In this document: positions 24,295-36,266 of the stretch, piece after piece
How positions within the stretch are numbered: the stretch's first letter is position 1
Layout of the letters: every line of letters begins with the position of its first letter
Assembly (NCBI GenBank): GCA_001687465.1
Contig: LVLI01000496.1
Location: forward strand, 1 to 60,039
Source: Halocafeteria seosinensis
Lineage: Eukaryota
Direction: 5' to 3'
DNA length: 60,039 nucleotides
The notes under the pieces: model-generated
Databases searched by the model: none
What the model saw: only the letters and a program-made list of their open reading frames with translations
Told to the model about the DNA's origin: nothing
Translations under genes and position numbers: made by a program

Positions 24295-25802
24295 TCACGC
24301 GAGGCTCTTGCGCTCCAGCGATGGTTCTCCTCCCTCTCCTTCAACCTCAAAAATGCTTTGAGAGTGACAATCACCTGAATGCTCAGCATTGGGATCGTCG
24401 CTAGGCAATGTTTCATTGGATTGATCTTCCGATCCCGAGCTACCAGTCACGACAAGAGCTGCGCCTGCTAAGGTGATCGCTCCGCCGATGTATGTCCACA
24501 AATCTGGTTCGCGCTGTTTATCGAACAGCCATCCTATTATCGAGCCAATTACAGGTTCGAATAAAAGCCCAACGCTAACAAGCAACGACGGCAGATGTTT
24601 AAGTGAGTAGTTTGCGAGAGTGTGTCCCAGGATCCCGCTTATGCCTCCCAAAGCTAGAACTAGTCCTGCTTCTCGCAAATTGAAGATCCAACCAAACCAT
24701 GCTCTGCACATCATGAAGATTGAAGAGGTGATGTGCAAAGCAATAGCCTGGAGGGTTGCAGTGAGCTTACCGCGAGTCTCGATGACTAAAAGCCACACCT
24801 CGTTCAAAAATTGTAGCTCCTACAGAGTTTGCGAGTGCACCCGTCATCGTCACGGGAAAGGCGTAGACCCAGAGCTTTAGGTTCTTGTTATTGCGTAACC
24901 ATCTTCCCACTGAGAAACAGAAACTCGTATGAGCGGGTGACGCTGTGACAGCATGACATGCGAACATACCTGAAAGGTAAAAAGCCATTGCCACGCCACC
25001 GAGGAAGGCCACCAGATCTCCTTTTACGGAAACACTATCGTCGGCGTTGCTACCGTTACTTGATAGGATTATCATCATGGCTGCAACGATAAAGAGCGTT
25101 ATAGCCAAGCAAGTCGTGTCGTCAGTACATCAATTTTCTTACCCGCGCCTGCAAATCCTACTAGTGCCCCGCAAGTTTCCAGAAACGTCGGTTGCTGTAG
25201 CAGAGGAAACTGCGTTTCGCTTGTGTCATCTGCATCACGATTTAGTGTTGATTGAGCTGCTCGCACAAACATAGAAGCTAATGACGCGTACCTGGAGGGT
25301 TGTCCAACGTTGTCTTACGATACCAATTAATAGCATATCTGTAAGCTGTATAGGTCCACCCAACTATCACTAGCACCAGAGGATGAGCGGAAACGAACAA
25401 TAGGCTATGTGTTAACGATGTATTCTCGATCGACCAACTCCAGCTCGAGAAATGCACAGCCAAGACGACTCCAGTAAGCATCATTAAGGCCAGATAGTTC
25501 TTCCAGTTTTGCCATGCTATTGCCGACTTCTCCCTCTCCTGGTGAATTCGGCGAAAATCTCGTATGAACAATGGAAGCTGCAGCAGGGCTGTACACCAAA
25601 GTCTCCAAGATGCCTTGAGAAATGGAGGCGTGTCTTCCAGTAGCGCAAACCACGTCCCTCCTGCAGAGCCCCACGATAGTATGCGGCAAGAACGATAGTA
25701 TAACCAAATTCCTCGAACCATACCTGAACTCATCGACACTATTGCTACTACAAGCAGCAACCCACTGAGGCACTTGGCCTTGCTGTCTTGCACCAGAGAC
25801 AT
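24295..25802 (-). CDS. EamA/DMT-family transporter (multi-exon)
   Basis: PPFLKASWRL, LAVHFSSWSWSIENTSLTHSLLFV, GDLVAFLGG and GILGHTLANYSLKHLPSLLVSVGLLFEPVIGS motifs. The 5' end is uncertain. Confidence 0.88.
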
Positions 25803-26028
25803 GGTCCGTTTGTCTGCACCAAGCAGCAGCGCACCACTTCATTATCATGTCCCTCCATAGGGTAACGCTTCCCGATTTGCCATTCCCCTGGACGGCTGAG
25901 TGGTCCTTCAACGAACACAGCGCTAAAAACCTTCTGAGAGATGATGATCTCCTGGATATCGAATTGTGGTCATCAAGCTGTGAACTTCGTCTCGTGCTGA
26001 GCTTCAACAACGGTATCTTGCTCGTGGT

Positions 26029-26137
26029 GTGTGGTACACTGTATACCGCCATTCGTCCAAGTACAGAATGTCCATACCTTTGCTCATAGTGTATGGTATA
26101 CTGTATACCTCCATCCGTCCACCAAGTACGGAATGTC
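26029..26137. repeat. Imperfect direct repeat (about 45 bp, two copies) within a GTAC-dense intergenic tract
   Basis: gtgtggtacactgtataccgccattcgtccaagtacagaatgtc versus gtatggtatactgtatacctccatccgtccaccaagtacggaatgtc. Confidence 0.8.
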
Positions 26138-26596
26138 TGTACCTTCCCCACTGTAGTACAACACACTTGTACAATACATTGTACCATGTGGTACAACCAG
26201 ATCCAGATCAAGGTCCACACATACAATATAGTACCCACAAAATTGTCAGTGTCTTCTTCCTCTCTGACCGGAGTTCTTAAAAGAAGAGGCCTGGTATGTA
26301 TTTGCACAATGAGAGCACATTCCTGGGTTCCAGAAATTTCTCCGAATGAATTGTGCAACGGGTACCCCCCTGTAAAGTACAACCGGTATCAGTATTTACA
26401 TGCAAGTGTTGTCAAAACTAGTATAAAGCTGTTTGTCGATTATCAGGCTTGTTCTTTCGTCCCCACAGCTGTCCACGTTCCATTTGTTGTGCTCCTTGAC
26501 ACGACAACCCAGAGTGGTGCAAGAACGACCGACGACACTGTCTTCACATCAAATACAGGGCAAGGTATTCTTCGAGACTCGTTGATACCACTCGTG

Positions 26597-27120
26597 ATGG
26601 GTCTTTGTGAAGACTGCTGTCGCTCTGTCAGGAACGTGCGCGTTGAGCCGCATTTCGGGGATGGTTGCTTGAAGAACCGCTTTCTAGTCAAACGACGCTC
26701 ATTCATGTGCTACACAATCGTGATACTCTTTGCAAAGAGTATTGGAGCTCTCGTCAACTTCGTAAATACGATAAGGAATTCCGAGGATGCAGAAGAGCGG
26801 ACAAAGGACGCCGTCGGATTCTTGGTACGCTGAAGTTTCTGTGGCATTGATGTGGGAATACGGCACTTTCCACTTGTGCAAGTGGAAGTCCTCTTGATAT
26901 GTACAGTAGTCTAGCCGTTTGTGTTTTATGTGTGCTTCTCGGGTTCTAATTAAGAAGACCACTGATGATGACTTCACACAATCCCTGTGGATGCGGTAGG
27001 TTGAGTAAGTAGTATGAGAGTGATCATAGCGTCCGTGTCTGTCTCTTGTATGTCGGCTCGCAGGATTCCTGGACGTAGTCTGTCTGCTGTTCAAAAGGCA
27101 ATTTGACTCACATGCGTTTG
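26597..27120 (+). pseudogene. Degenerate tandem paralog of the 27552-28556 membrane protein (78-codon ORF intact, then stop and frameshifts)
   Basis: 44 of the first 49 codons encode the same residues as the downstream gene. Later traces remain (tttccacttgtgcaagtggaag versus tttgcactggtgcgatggaag) after the stop at 26833. The 3' limit is approximate. Confidence 0.7.
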
Positions 27121-27551
27121 TGATCACTGGACTCAGCAGTCCTGGAGAAAGACCAGAACAAGACTGCCTAAAAGAATATATCACTCTACGATAACTTGTG
27201 AATCGCCCCTCTACCATGACCATCAAGAGACATTAACCTTTCCTTCAAAAGAAAGAAGATGTTCGAGAAATTTCTTCGGTCCCGCCCGACACGCAAGTGT
27301 ACCATGGCACAAGTATATTGATACGAGTGTTGTCAAGAATGATGGAAAGCTTCTCTTCTAAGAGCACTGTTTGCGTCTTTAAGGTATAGACAGCGAACAG
27401 TGTGTGCCAGTTTTAATTCATTATCCTAGTCTTGTTTCGCTCTAGGAATCCTGCACCAGCCGACGCAGTGCAGTGCAAGCACCAGCAGAGACTGCTTTGA
27501 AATCGATAGCAACACTATCACTTCCTTCACCCATTTTTGGCGCCATACGTC

Positions 27552-28556
27552 ATGGGACTTTGTGGAGATTGCTGTCGTTCTGTTCGAAACATACGAGTAA
27601 AGCCGCACTTTGACGATGATTGCCTGAAGAACCGCTTTCTAGTCAAGCGCCGCTCCTTCATGTGCTACACGATCGTGATACTTTTTGCAAAGAGTATTCA
27701 AGGCCTCAAGGAGCTTATAAAATGGATAAACCTTTACAACGACGCTGAAGATAACCTAAAACAAGAACGTACGTTCTTTGTTATGTTGGCTACAGGAAAT
27801 TTCCTGCTTCAGGCTACTCTGGGTGGCCTCGTGATATTTGCACTGGTGCGATGGAAGGAATACCAGACCTCCGCAAAATGCTCTGTTAGTGCTTTACTAT
27901 TGTCTTTAGCTTTCCCGCTTTTGTTTGTATTCGTACCTATAACGGCGATTGATGACGGTCACCATGAAGATGTAGTCGGTTTTGCCGTTCTGTTAGTGCC
28001 ACTGCTGATGCCTAATATGATGGGACTGTACACGATTTGTGTGGGAATATTTCGATCAAGAAAATTGTTTGATACAGACTCTGAACCACTATACCTGTTA
28101 CAACTGGTTTTGACGTTTCTGATCATATCGATTGTCTCACTGCCAACATTCCTGATGTACCAAGCCGTCACGGTTTATGCAGACCTTGATGATACGAACG
28201 GCCTGCAGTACGTGGTCTTGGCTATGTATCTAAGTTTCTCGGGAAGTCTGCTCGCAAAATGTGCTGAGAAGCGCCTTAAGGGATCCAGTATCTTGGATAC
28301 GTTGATGATGCTTAGCCTGGTCACTTCGACGATCGCGTTGGTTGTAACTTTGGACTTGGGAGAGTTGCTTGGTTCCCTATTGGGTAGCAGTATTGCTACG
28401 TACACATTCAACAGACTCGCATACCAGGACTTGATAATGTTCTTATTTCGGCACATATCTCCAATGAAAGAAATATGGGAGCGAACTGATGCAATATTCG
28501 CACATGTGGAATTACAGGAGTTACAAAGGTATACTAGTGGTGACGAGACATTATAA
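27552..28556 (+). CDS. Orphan multi-pass membrane protein (about 8 hydrophobic segments), intronless
   Basis: 334-codon ORF with repeated hydrophobic stretches and a Cys-rich N-terminus MGLCGDCC. Synonymous-biased divergence from the upstream paralog supports coding status. Confidence 0.8.
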   Translation: MGLCGDCCRSVRNIRVKPHFDDDCLKNRFLVKRRSFMCYTIVILFAKSIQGLKELIKWINLYNDAEDNLKQERTFFVMLATGNFLLQATLGGLVIFALVRWKEYQTSAKCSVSALLLSLAFPLLFVFVPITAIDDGHHEDVVGFAVLLVPLLMPNMMGLYTICVGIFRSRKLFDTDSEPLYLLQLVLTFLIISIVSLPTFLMYQAVTVYADLDDTNGLQYVVLAMYLSFSGSLLAKCAEKRLKGSSILDTLMMLSLVTSTIALVVTLDLGELLGSLLGSSIATYTFNRLAYQDLIMFLFRHISPMKEIWERTDAIFAHVELQELQRYTSGDETL

Positions 28557-28645
28557 GTCTGTAAAAAGGAGTGCCCTGGAACTACCGGCGACTGGTCAGT
28601 GAGCCTCATTGGTATCTAAAGCCGCTTGTACGTTTATTTGCCAAC

Positions 28646-29735
28646 TCAGTGGGGCTCGTCAGCCCCAAAACCTTCATCTAGGTCGTCCAACGTGGATTCA
28701 GCAACCCTCAGCAGTGAGTCGATGGATTGTAAGACAGCAATCTGACATTCTCTGTAGAGACAGACCCAAAAATAAAATAATTTGTATTAACTTTAGTTTT
28801 CAGTGAAACTTAACCAATCCATACCTTTTGGAATTATATTTCTCGTTAAGCTCTTCTTTCAGGGCACGGGGTTTCTGATCGCGCCTTCGTTTCCCCGGCC
28901 TGGCATTGCTTGCAAGTGTACCAGGCTCATTCGTGTCTACACTTTTCATTGGTCTTTGTTCCACTGTGTGATGTTTTGTACTTTCAGTGCAGTCAGGTTT
29001 CCCTGCAATGTTCATAGCCGTTTTATCCGACGGACATCTCGGTTCTTCTGATTCAGGAACGGGCTTATAATGCTCCACGCCTACGCCAAAGAGATTTTCT
29101 GATGCCTTTTGAATATCGTCATTTTCTGACAGGTCAATATCCTTTTTTTGAAGTTTGCGGAACTGGCAACCTGAGGAAATTAGCAAAGCCCGCTGGTGTT
29201 CGGTTGCACTGGAGCCTAGTCCGCAGAACGAGTTGGTAAAATTGTCACACAAACTATCCAGAAGGATTTTCTGCGTGGTTGACTCATGGGGAATAGTACC
29301 TGATAGCCCCTTTAACACTGGCTTTTCCTCGACAGATCCATGGGAGTATTCCAAAAACCAAGATCCACCGTAACTGCCAAGAGCATTTGCGGAACCAAGG
29401 TCTGGTGCGTGGCTCTCAGCAAAATGGCTCAAAGATTTTCCTGAATCCAAGGAGAACTCATTATTCTGTTTTTCCTCATCGAGGTAACTTAGTCCGCGAG
29501 CACATGAGAACAGCTTGACAAAACTATCGTCCTTACTCTTGCCAAATGAAGGCGGCGTCTCCAAGGACTCATGGTACTGCCATGGATGAAACCCTGACTG
29601 TTCTTCGTCATTCTCCGCAAGTGCACCGGGGGAGTTTCCGAAATGAAAGCTAATGCTTTTGCATGAAGAATCAAAGGAGTGGTGTTTGAAACTTTGGTCA
29701 GTAGAAAACGGGGAACTCGTTGATGTGTCCACCAT
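28646..29735 (-). CDS. Hypothetical Ser-rich protein
   Basis: 311-codon ORF with a probable GTATGG...CTACAG intron leading to a terminal exon ECQIAVLQSIDSLL...EPH* (stop at 28646). Basic KRRR patch. Confidence 0.55.
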
Positions 29736-29963
29736 TTCGGCTGACGTCCCTCACGAGTTTTCAATGTTATTGAGATTTACTGGTAGTTAGCGACGATGGA
29801 AGGAAGATAATATATTACGCGAACGAATAGCAAGGAAATCAATCCTGACAATATGCACAATGATGCTGTGACATAACCCTGCTCGTGTTGTTGAAACAGG
29901 AGGTCACCGTTCGTTGACAACGCGTGTGTCCATCAACAATTTGTGAAGGTCACTAACACATAC

Positions 29964-31740
29964 TCATTTCTCCACATAACGGAGTTTACTGCTTTTTTGA
30001 CTTGCTTTTCTTCTTACTGGATTTTCCCTCTTTTTCACTGGAGCCTTGAGCTTTGGCTTCTTGTTTCAGCTTCCTCTCAGCGTCCTTGATATATAGTCGG
30101 AGTTCCTCTCTGGTCATCAGTCACAGACGTGGCATGTATGATCACGACAACCAGTAAATCCTGAATATTTTGCTTACTCTTTCTGAGCCTTCACTTCATC
30201 CAACGGAGGTTCAGGATGATTGTCTGGATCAAAACCTTCCGCTCCTGTTTGTTCATTTTCGTCGTCGCTTTCGGCATTCCGAACATCCTCAGGAAATGCT
30301 TGCTCTATAGCCACAAGCCAGGCTTCTGTTAACTTTTGATATGTATCTATAGTGTTTGAGTTCAATAAGTCTTCGGAGGAGTAACCCGGCGGAGCTCCTA
30401 TACGCTGGAATGAATCTAAGCCAGGAAAACTGATGACGGGCTTGGAGTTATCCAGATCCGATATTTCCTTCATACCAGTGCCGAACACGAGGTGGTTGAG
30501 GTACGAGCGGAACTGTGGATCACAAAGATGGTGTTCGTAAACACGTCTAGCCCATAGTATGCGGCCACCTTACTCACCGAGCTTAGTAATCCCATCTCTC
30601 TGGAGGATACACAGAAGAGGCCTGCGCCATACGTATGAGCGATGTACCGCAAGCATTGCATTACCAGTTTGCGCTGTGGTGACTCAAAATCACGGAAGTG
30701 GTCATGCTTTGTCCCGACAAAAAGAAGGGGTGCCAATGAAGGACGAATGCTTTCTCTGTAAGAGAAAAATGCGTATATTTCTATTCATGAAAACACGTTT
30801 CTCAGGGGACTTACTGGTCAGGATTCCTAGAATCCTCTGGGATATCGTCCGCTGCAAGGAACACAGTAACGACCATCCAGCATGTACATATACACATCCT
30901 TCGCGCGCGGTCAGCCGTCATACCTATTTTACATCGTTGTTCCATCCTCATTAGGAGGTCTGAGTACAGTGAGCGCTCCTTGTCTTTTGTCTTCGAACTA
31001 CATTCGTTGATTCGATCCTCGATATACCTGGCCCACCTAACAGCGTCACTGATACTCTGCCATGGCTTGCTGAGGTCTATCGTAATACATATGATGTTAG
31101 AAGGTAGCCGCTGAGGCGTTATTGGAACCTGAATCAATGATGATAAACTAAATCCTCCACCTAGTTCCCATATATGAGCAATGTCTTTTCCGCCACGAGC
31201 CGCAGTATTTCGAGTCAAGTAGGAATACTCCAGTGCAATTGTAGACTTCGGTTGCTCTGAAGAATGGGACGATTAAGGTAAGTGAATGAATCTATTAAGG
31301 TGCGCAAGCCGAAATCGACCCTTACCCTTGCTATCTATGTTCATGAAATAATTGATCAATGACGACTTCCCGGACTTAGGACCTCCCACGAAGAGGATAA
31401 AGTTCTCCGACACTGGAGCTAGCTCCAGAAGAGATGACGAGGACGAATCCTCTTGCTGTTTCTTCCGCGGGTTCTTCTGATGAGCATTCCGACACTGCTG
31501 ATATTCCCGTTGCAGCAGCGTCCATAAATCGACAGTCTCCCCAGCAGGGGTGCTGCTATGAGTGTCATTATCATCCTGCTGTTCTTCCGTTGGTGTACCA
31601 GAGGACGAATGCTTTTTAGAGCGACTCTTCTTCTTCCTGTCTTTGCTCGAACCATTTGTATCGTCTTGATAGTCTCCTCCTCCATGGGTCTGCTCTTGCC
31701 CATAACGCTCTCCTTCTTCCATCTCTTCCTTCCCTTCCAT
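29964..31740 (-). CDS. DYNC2LI1: Cytoplasmic dynein-2 light intermediate chain 1 (retrograde IFT motor subunit)
   Basis: P-loop GGPKSGKSS, PKSTIALEY, KDIAHIWELGGG, IDLSKP, PLLFVGTKHD.F.DFE and LRYIAHTYGA motifs. Several short introns. Confidence 0.92.
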
Positions 31741-32029
31741 ATCGGCAGTTTGTTGCTTCCAGCCAGCTCTTTCCAGGCTCCTACTTATTTTTATGCAAGG
31801 GTACATAGATATATCTGCAACTCCCTCCGAAACATCAAGGATTTGGCATGGCTAATGAAGGGATGGTTGAATTGAATCAATGAATTCCATCCCGCAACGC
31901 AACAAACATTTCGCACCGTTGATGGCCTCGTTCATTGAATCATGGAATTTCAATGCCACAAGTGATGTTGAGAGGTATGTGTCTTGATATAGTGCGGTAC
32001 GGAGAAAGAACAAGGACATCCCCTGCACA

Positions 32030-35000
32030 ATGGACGCTCGGGTGGAAACCACGGCGAATGATCGCCTGGCAGATTATTTCCTGGTGGTGGGACCGAGTGA
32101 GACTCTAACCCCCGTTCCGGATACCTCAGGCTATTCTCCTCCGGGAGCCTCCGCCAACCAATCGTTGTGGTGCCCAGACGGTGTTGAGACGGAGCAAGGA
32201 GCCTCAGAGGAGACATCAGGCTCTGTCGCCGAAGCAGGGGGGACCAACACAAGTAGCCAAGAGGCGACATCGTGGAATCGCAGAGTTCATCCTCTGCAAA
32301 CTCAGTTCCAGGCCTTTGTGCTCGACAGGTACCCCTTTGCAGACTATGCTAACTCGCCCTTCCCCACAAATGTAAGGTCGCCCACTATATGTGCAGAGAT
32401 TCCCTTGAAGAATCGCTCAATGTACGCCCTCGGATGAGTGCAGGCTCCCATGTTCTGCTTCCCACGAGGGGTACGACTCAAGCGTCCGAACTCCTCTACG
32501 TTCCCTCTTCCGACGTTTTTTACATTTGCTCTGTCGACCAACCATGATGGGCAATTTACATACGGGCATACTTTGATTTTCTGGGAGGAACTCTCGTCTA
32601 GCCAGTCCCGCTTTATTGATATAGACGCGGCCGGTACGTACTCGCTACTCCCTCTCGTAACCAACCACCACCATTACGACTGGTACTATACAGGTGGGCA
32701 TGATGGAGGTCCGATATACGCTCCCAAAGGTTTTTGCATTTTGAGCAAATGGAACTTCTCAGGATTTCGTTGGTTCTTGACTGAGTTGTACCGACTGACC
32801 TTCACAGCTCTTGAAATACCGCTTGAGCGTTATATAGGAAACTTCATGACAGAAGTACCTTTGCGTATGTATATTTCTTTCTGTTTAACGTGAGCCATGC
32901 GTGCATGAAGTCTGCCAATTTGTTGCAGCGCCCCCGGGTTTACAGGAAGTGCAGTATAACATTGCGCACAGCACGATATCTTTCAGACGCCCTCCAGCAA
33001 ACAATAGAATAAGCCCTATGGATTATCATTTTCAAGAAGTTTTCGAGTGTCTTTCGTTGGAGAATATCGTATTACTGGTTAGAGCGCTGGTGTGCGAGCG
33101 GCAAGTGCTGTTACACACCTCCCAGGTGTCACTATTGTCCAAAACTACGGAGGCTCTCGTTGCGTTTATTTATCCATTTCGATGGGTTGGTGTTTATATT
33201 CCTGTGATGACTCGTGCAATGTTGCAAGTGGTGAATGCCCCTGTGCCCTTTCTTGTCGGAGCACCGACGGATACGTGGAGGGAAATCGGAGAATTGCCTG
33301 ACTCGGTGATTCAGGTTGATTTAGATCGCAATTCTGTTTTCGTTCACTATCAGCATCCTGTTGCAAAGCTTCCGTCCAAGCAACATGCAAAGCTTATCAA
33401 AGCTTTGCGAGCTCGGGCGTACGTCTTCGCTAACAGACAGTAAGTAACGTCCCCCGATGGTGCATTCGTGTATCAACGCTTATGGGCACTGTCACTGGCA
33501 GGTCGGATTGGGAACGAAATCGGCTTCCATTTTTTGATATGGCGTTTCCTTACTGTCCCCGCCCTTGCGACGTTGGCGATAATGAGTCCGATCCTCCCAA
33601 GATCAGTGACACGGACTGGTATGAAGTGCGGGCTTCGTTTTTGAGGTTATGGCTTTCGCTCTTTATCAACTATCGACGCTTTTTGGTTCCGATATCCCGC
33701 GAAAATCCGAACCCGAAAGAAAGGTTTCGAGTGAGTCCTGAATTGGTGTTTCGTTGCCAATATTTTGTTGTATGTTATTGTCTCGCGTATTTCTCACAGA
33801 GCGAGGCATTTTTATCACATTGCTCGGCTGATTCTCAGCCGATATTGCGGGGAATTATGTCAACGCAACTTTTTCATAGTTTTATTGATGAAAGAACGAA
33901 TCCTGATACGATGGGTAATGTCGATGTCGTTTTCTTCGATCAAAGTCTCGACGCAAAGTCAAACAGGTACGATAGGGTAGAAAGAGTGGTTCGAAATTGA
34001 TGGTTGTTCAATTTTTCCTTCTACACAGACACTTAATGTCAAGGTGGAAGGGTGTGAGGATGGAAACACCGTTCTTGGACTCTAGCGAATTCGAAATCAA
34101 GAGCACTCTTGTTGCGATGGGACCTGATACAAGAGGGTTAAAATCTGGTCAAACGTTTTGCTACTCCCCGTTCAAATCGCTGGACCCTAACTTATTTGTT
34201 GCACCTAGACCCATATCGAATCAGCTGGAAATGAGCAACTCGTTTCTTACACGTAGTACGGCCTATTCTTTGGACTTTGGTGGCAGCAATCCTTCCCGCA
34301 ACAACAGTGATAATAATGATGTGTTATCTGCACTAGGTCTGGACCAAAAGAAATGGAAGTACTCCAGTCAAGAAGAAAAATGGAGTATGATAGAAACCGG
34401 ATTTTATCTGGTATGGTTTGTCGCGTTTAGCGTGGCTTTGAAAAATGATTTATCGTATCCAGTCCTGGATTCGCAAAGGCATGAAATCACAACCCCCGCG
34501 CTGAGGATATCTAGAAGTGGCGTAAAGTTGAAAGATAAACCATACAAGCAGGAAGGCATGTTTACTCCGACAAAAGGAAAAGGTGGCCACGACTGGGACG
34601 ATAGTGTTGGTTTAGACCAGATAGAGCTGCATGATGATCCAGCTAGCTTAACTCCGTCGCAAGGAAATCATGCTCGTACAGAATCCTCTCAAGAGCTTCA
34701 GCAAAAGAAACAACGGAAAGCAAGTGTAGACATATCATTCAATATGTTTGATTGTTTGCAGCAGCGTAACATTGAGATGCCGTCTCTTGTGTTCAAAATC
34801 CTTTTGGATATATGCGGAACCTGCGGTAGCGTCGAGGGAGCAACACGAGTTCTTCGAGTAATGGCTCGTTACGGTGAAACGCCTGACAATTCCATATTTG
34901 CATGTTTGTTCAGGGCGTTTGCCATGGATCCAGAAGCGGGAAAATTACCTCTGGGAACGATTGACTGGAGACAGTTCGAGGATCTCGAACGCAAGGAGAT

Positions 35001-35964
35001 GAACAAGAAAACGAACTCGTCGGTAGCGAGATATAGTCTCTCAGGGAAGGCAGGAAGCGAAACTCCCTCGTTTCCGCACACTTTGTTTGATCTCAAGAGC
35101 AAAAGTGGGTCCGCTGTCCGTTATATCCTTGGGTTTCAATGGCTTCGGCGTTCACCAGAGGGCCGTGAATCAACGTTTGAAAAAAAGGAGGGCCCCATCA
35201 CGAGGGATGGTAAAGAACAACCGGACGACGAAAAGGATGATAATTCAACAAAAGAAGAGCAAGAAGAGGTTCAGGTCAGCAGTAGCAGCCTACTGGAGTA
35301 TGTTTTCCCAGGATTGTGTATAGAAGTGGTACCACAGACTTGTCCTGCAAACCTTCATAAACTTGATTTCAGCGACATTTGTGCCGGCTGGGATGCAGAC
35401 CCAAACAGTTACACTACCGTTTGTAGATACTGCCAGCAAATGGATCAAAATGCTCATACTGGTAAATCGCATCCAAGAACTTTAATTCGGAGGTCGTCTG
35501 CAAGTGAAGTAACACCGATGGCATCTGGGGAAACAAGGCCTCCTTCCCCAACCAATTGGAGCAAGAGTAGCAGACTCACGGCCGAGGGCATTGAGGCGTT
35601 AGGTTGCGCAGCTGCGGAACGCTTTGTTCCTCGTTTTGCGGTACGGTCCTCTTCAGAATATTGGCGCGGAAATAGTGACGACTATACTTTGTTTGTTGAA
35701 TATTTGTCGCCATGGACGCTGTACAAGGAGTTGCAGACCACTTTAAGTCGGACTGAGGGTAGACGAGACTCTGTCGAAATCCTTGCCAATTTGCGCAAAG
35801 AGGCAGAGGTGGTCTATTGGAATATGGTATTCTGGTTTTCATACTTTGGTCTGCATACGAATTTCTTGAGTGCCCTTTCAAGTATTCCTCTGCCAGAGAC
35901 GCGAGATAAGCCAGAACCAGCTCCTGAATCTAGGGAAAATGTCCAGGAGACGGCGAGTCAGTGA
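32030..35964 (+). CDS. DENN-domain Rab GEF, DENND4/CRAG-like (uDENN-cDENN-dDENN, PPR-like helix pair, C-terminal Cys motif)
   Basis: RLADYFLVVG, LDRYP, PMFCFPRG, YAPKGFCILSKW, YPFRWVGVYIP...APVPFLVG, TQLFHSFIDER, GWDADPNSYTTVC and VEYLSPW.LYKEL motifs. Six short introns. Confidence 0.9.
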
Positions 35965-36266
35965 GGCGTACACTACCAGATACTGCGTATAGCTAATTTT
36001 ATCGGGTACGTCCAATGAGACGTTTGCGCGTTACGAATGACGGAAAATACACACATGCACCCCAACGAAATCGGGTTCTCAGTTCAATGCGTTCCCTCAA
36101 CTTCACAAGGCGTTGTGAAGCTCCAGATCTGTCCAACAGATCTATTGGGTATTGCTATCAAGTAGACATGTTTTGCAGCAGTCCACACTGCCCACGGGAT
36201 AGGGAGGATTCTTCTAATTTGTAACCTGCTGGTGGTGTTGAATAGTGCGTTTGTTGAGTGGTGGTA

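Noticed and set aside
25405..27226. Long overlapping ORFs (325 aa minus, 246 aa plus, 175 aa minus)
   Set aside because: They run through the GTAC-rich non-coding tract or antisense to the degenerate paralog. Only 26597-26833 has homology support.
34780..34925. PPR-like motif inside the DENN protein
   Set aside because: It is a known feature of DENND4/CRAG proteins.
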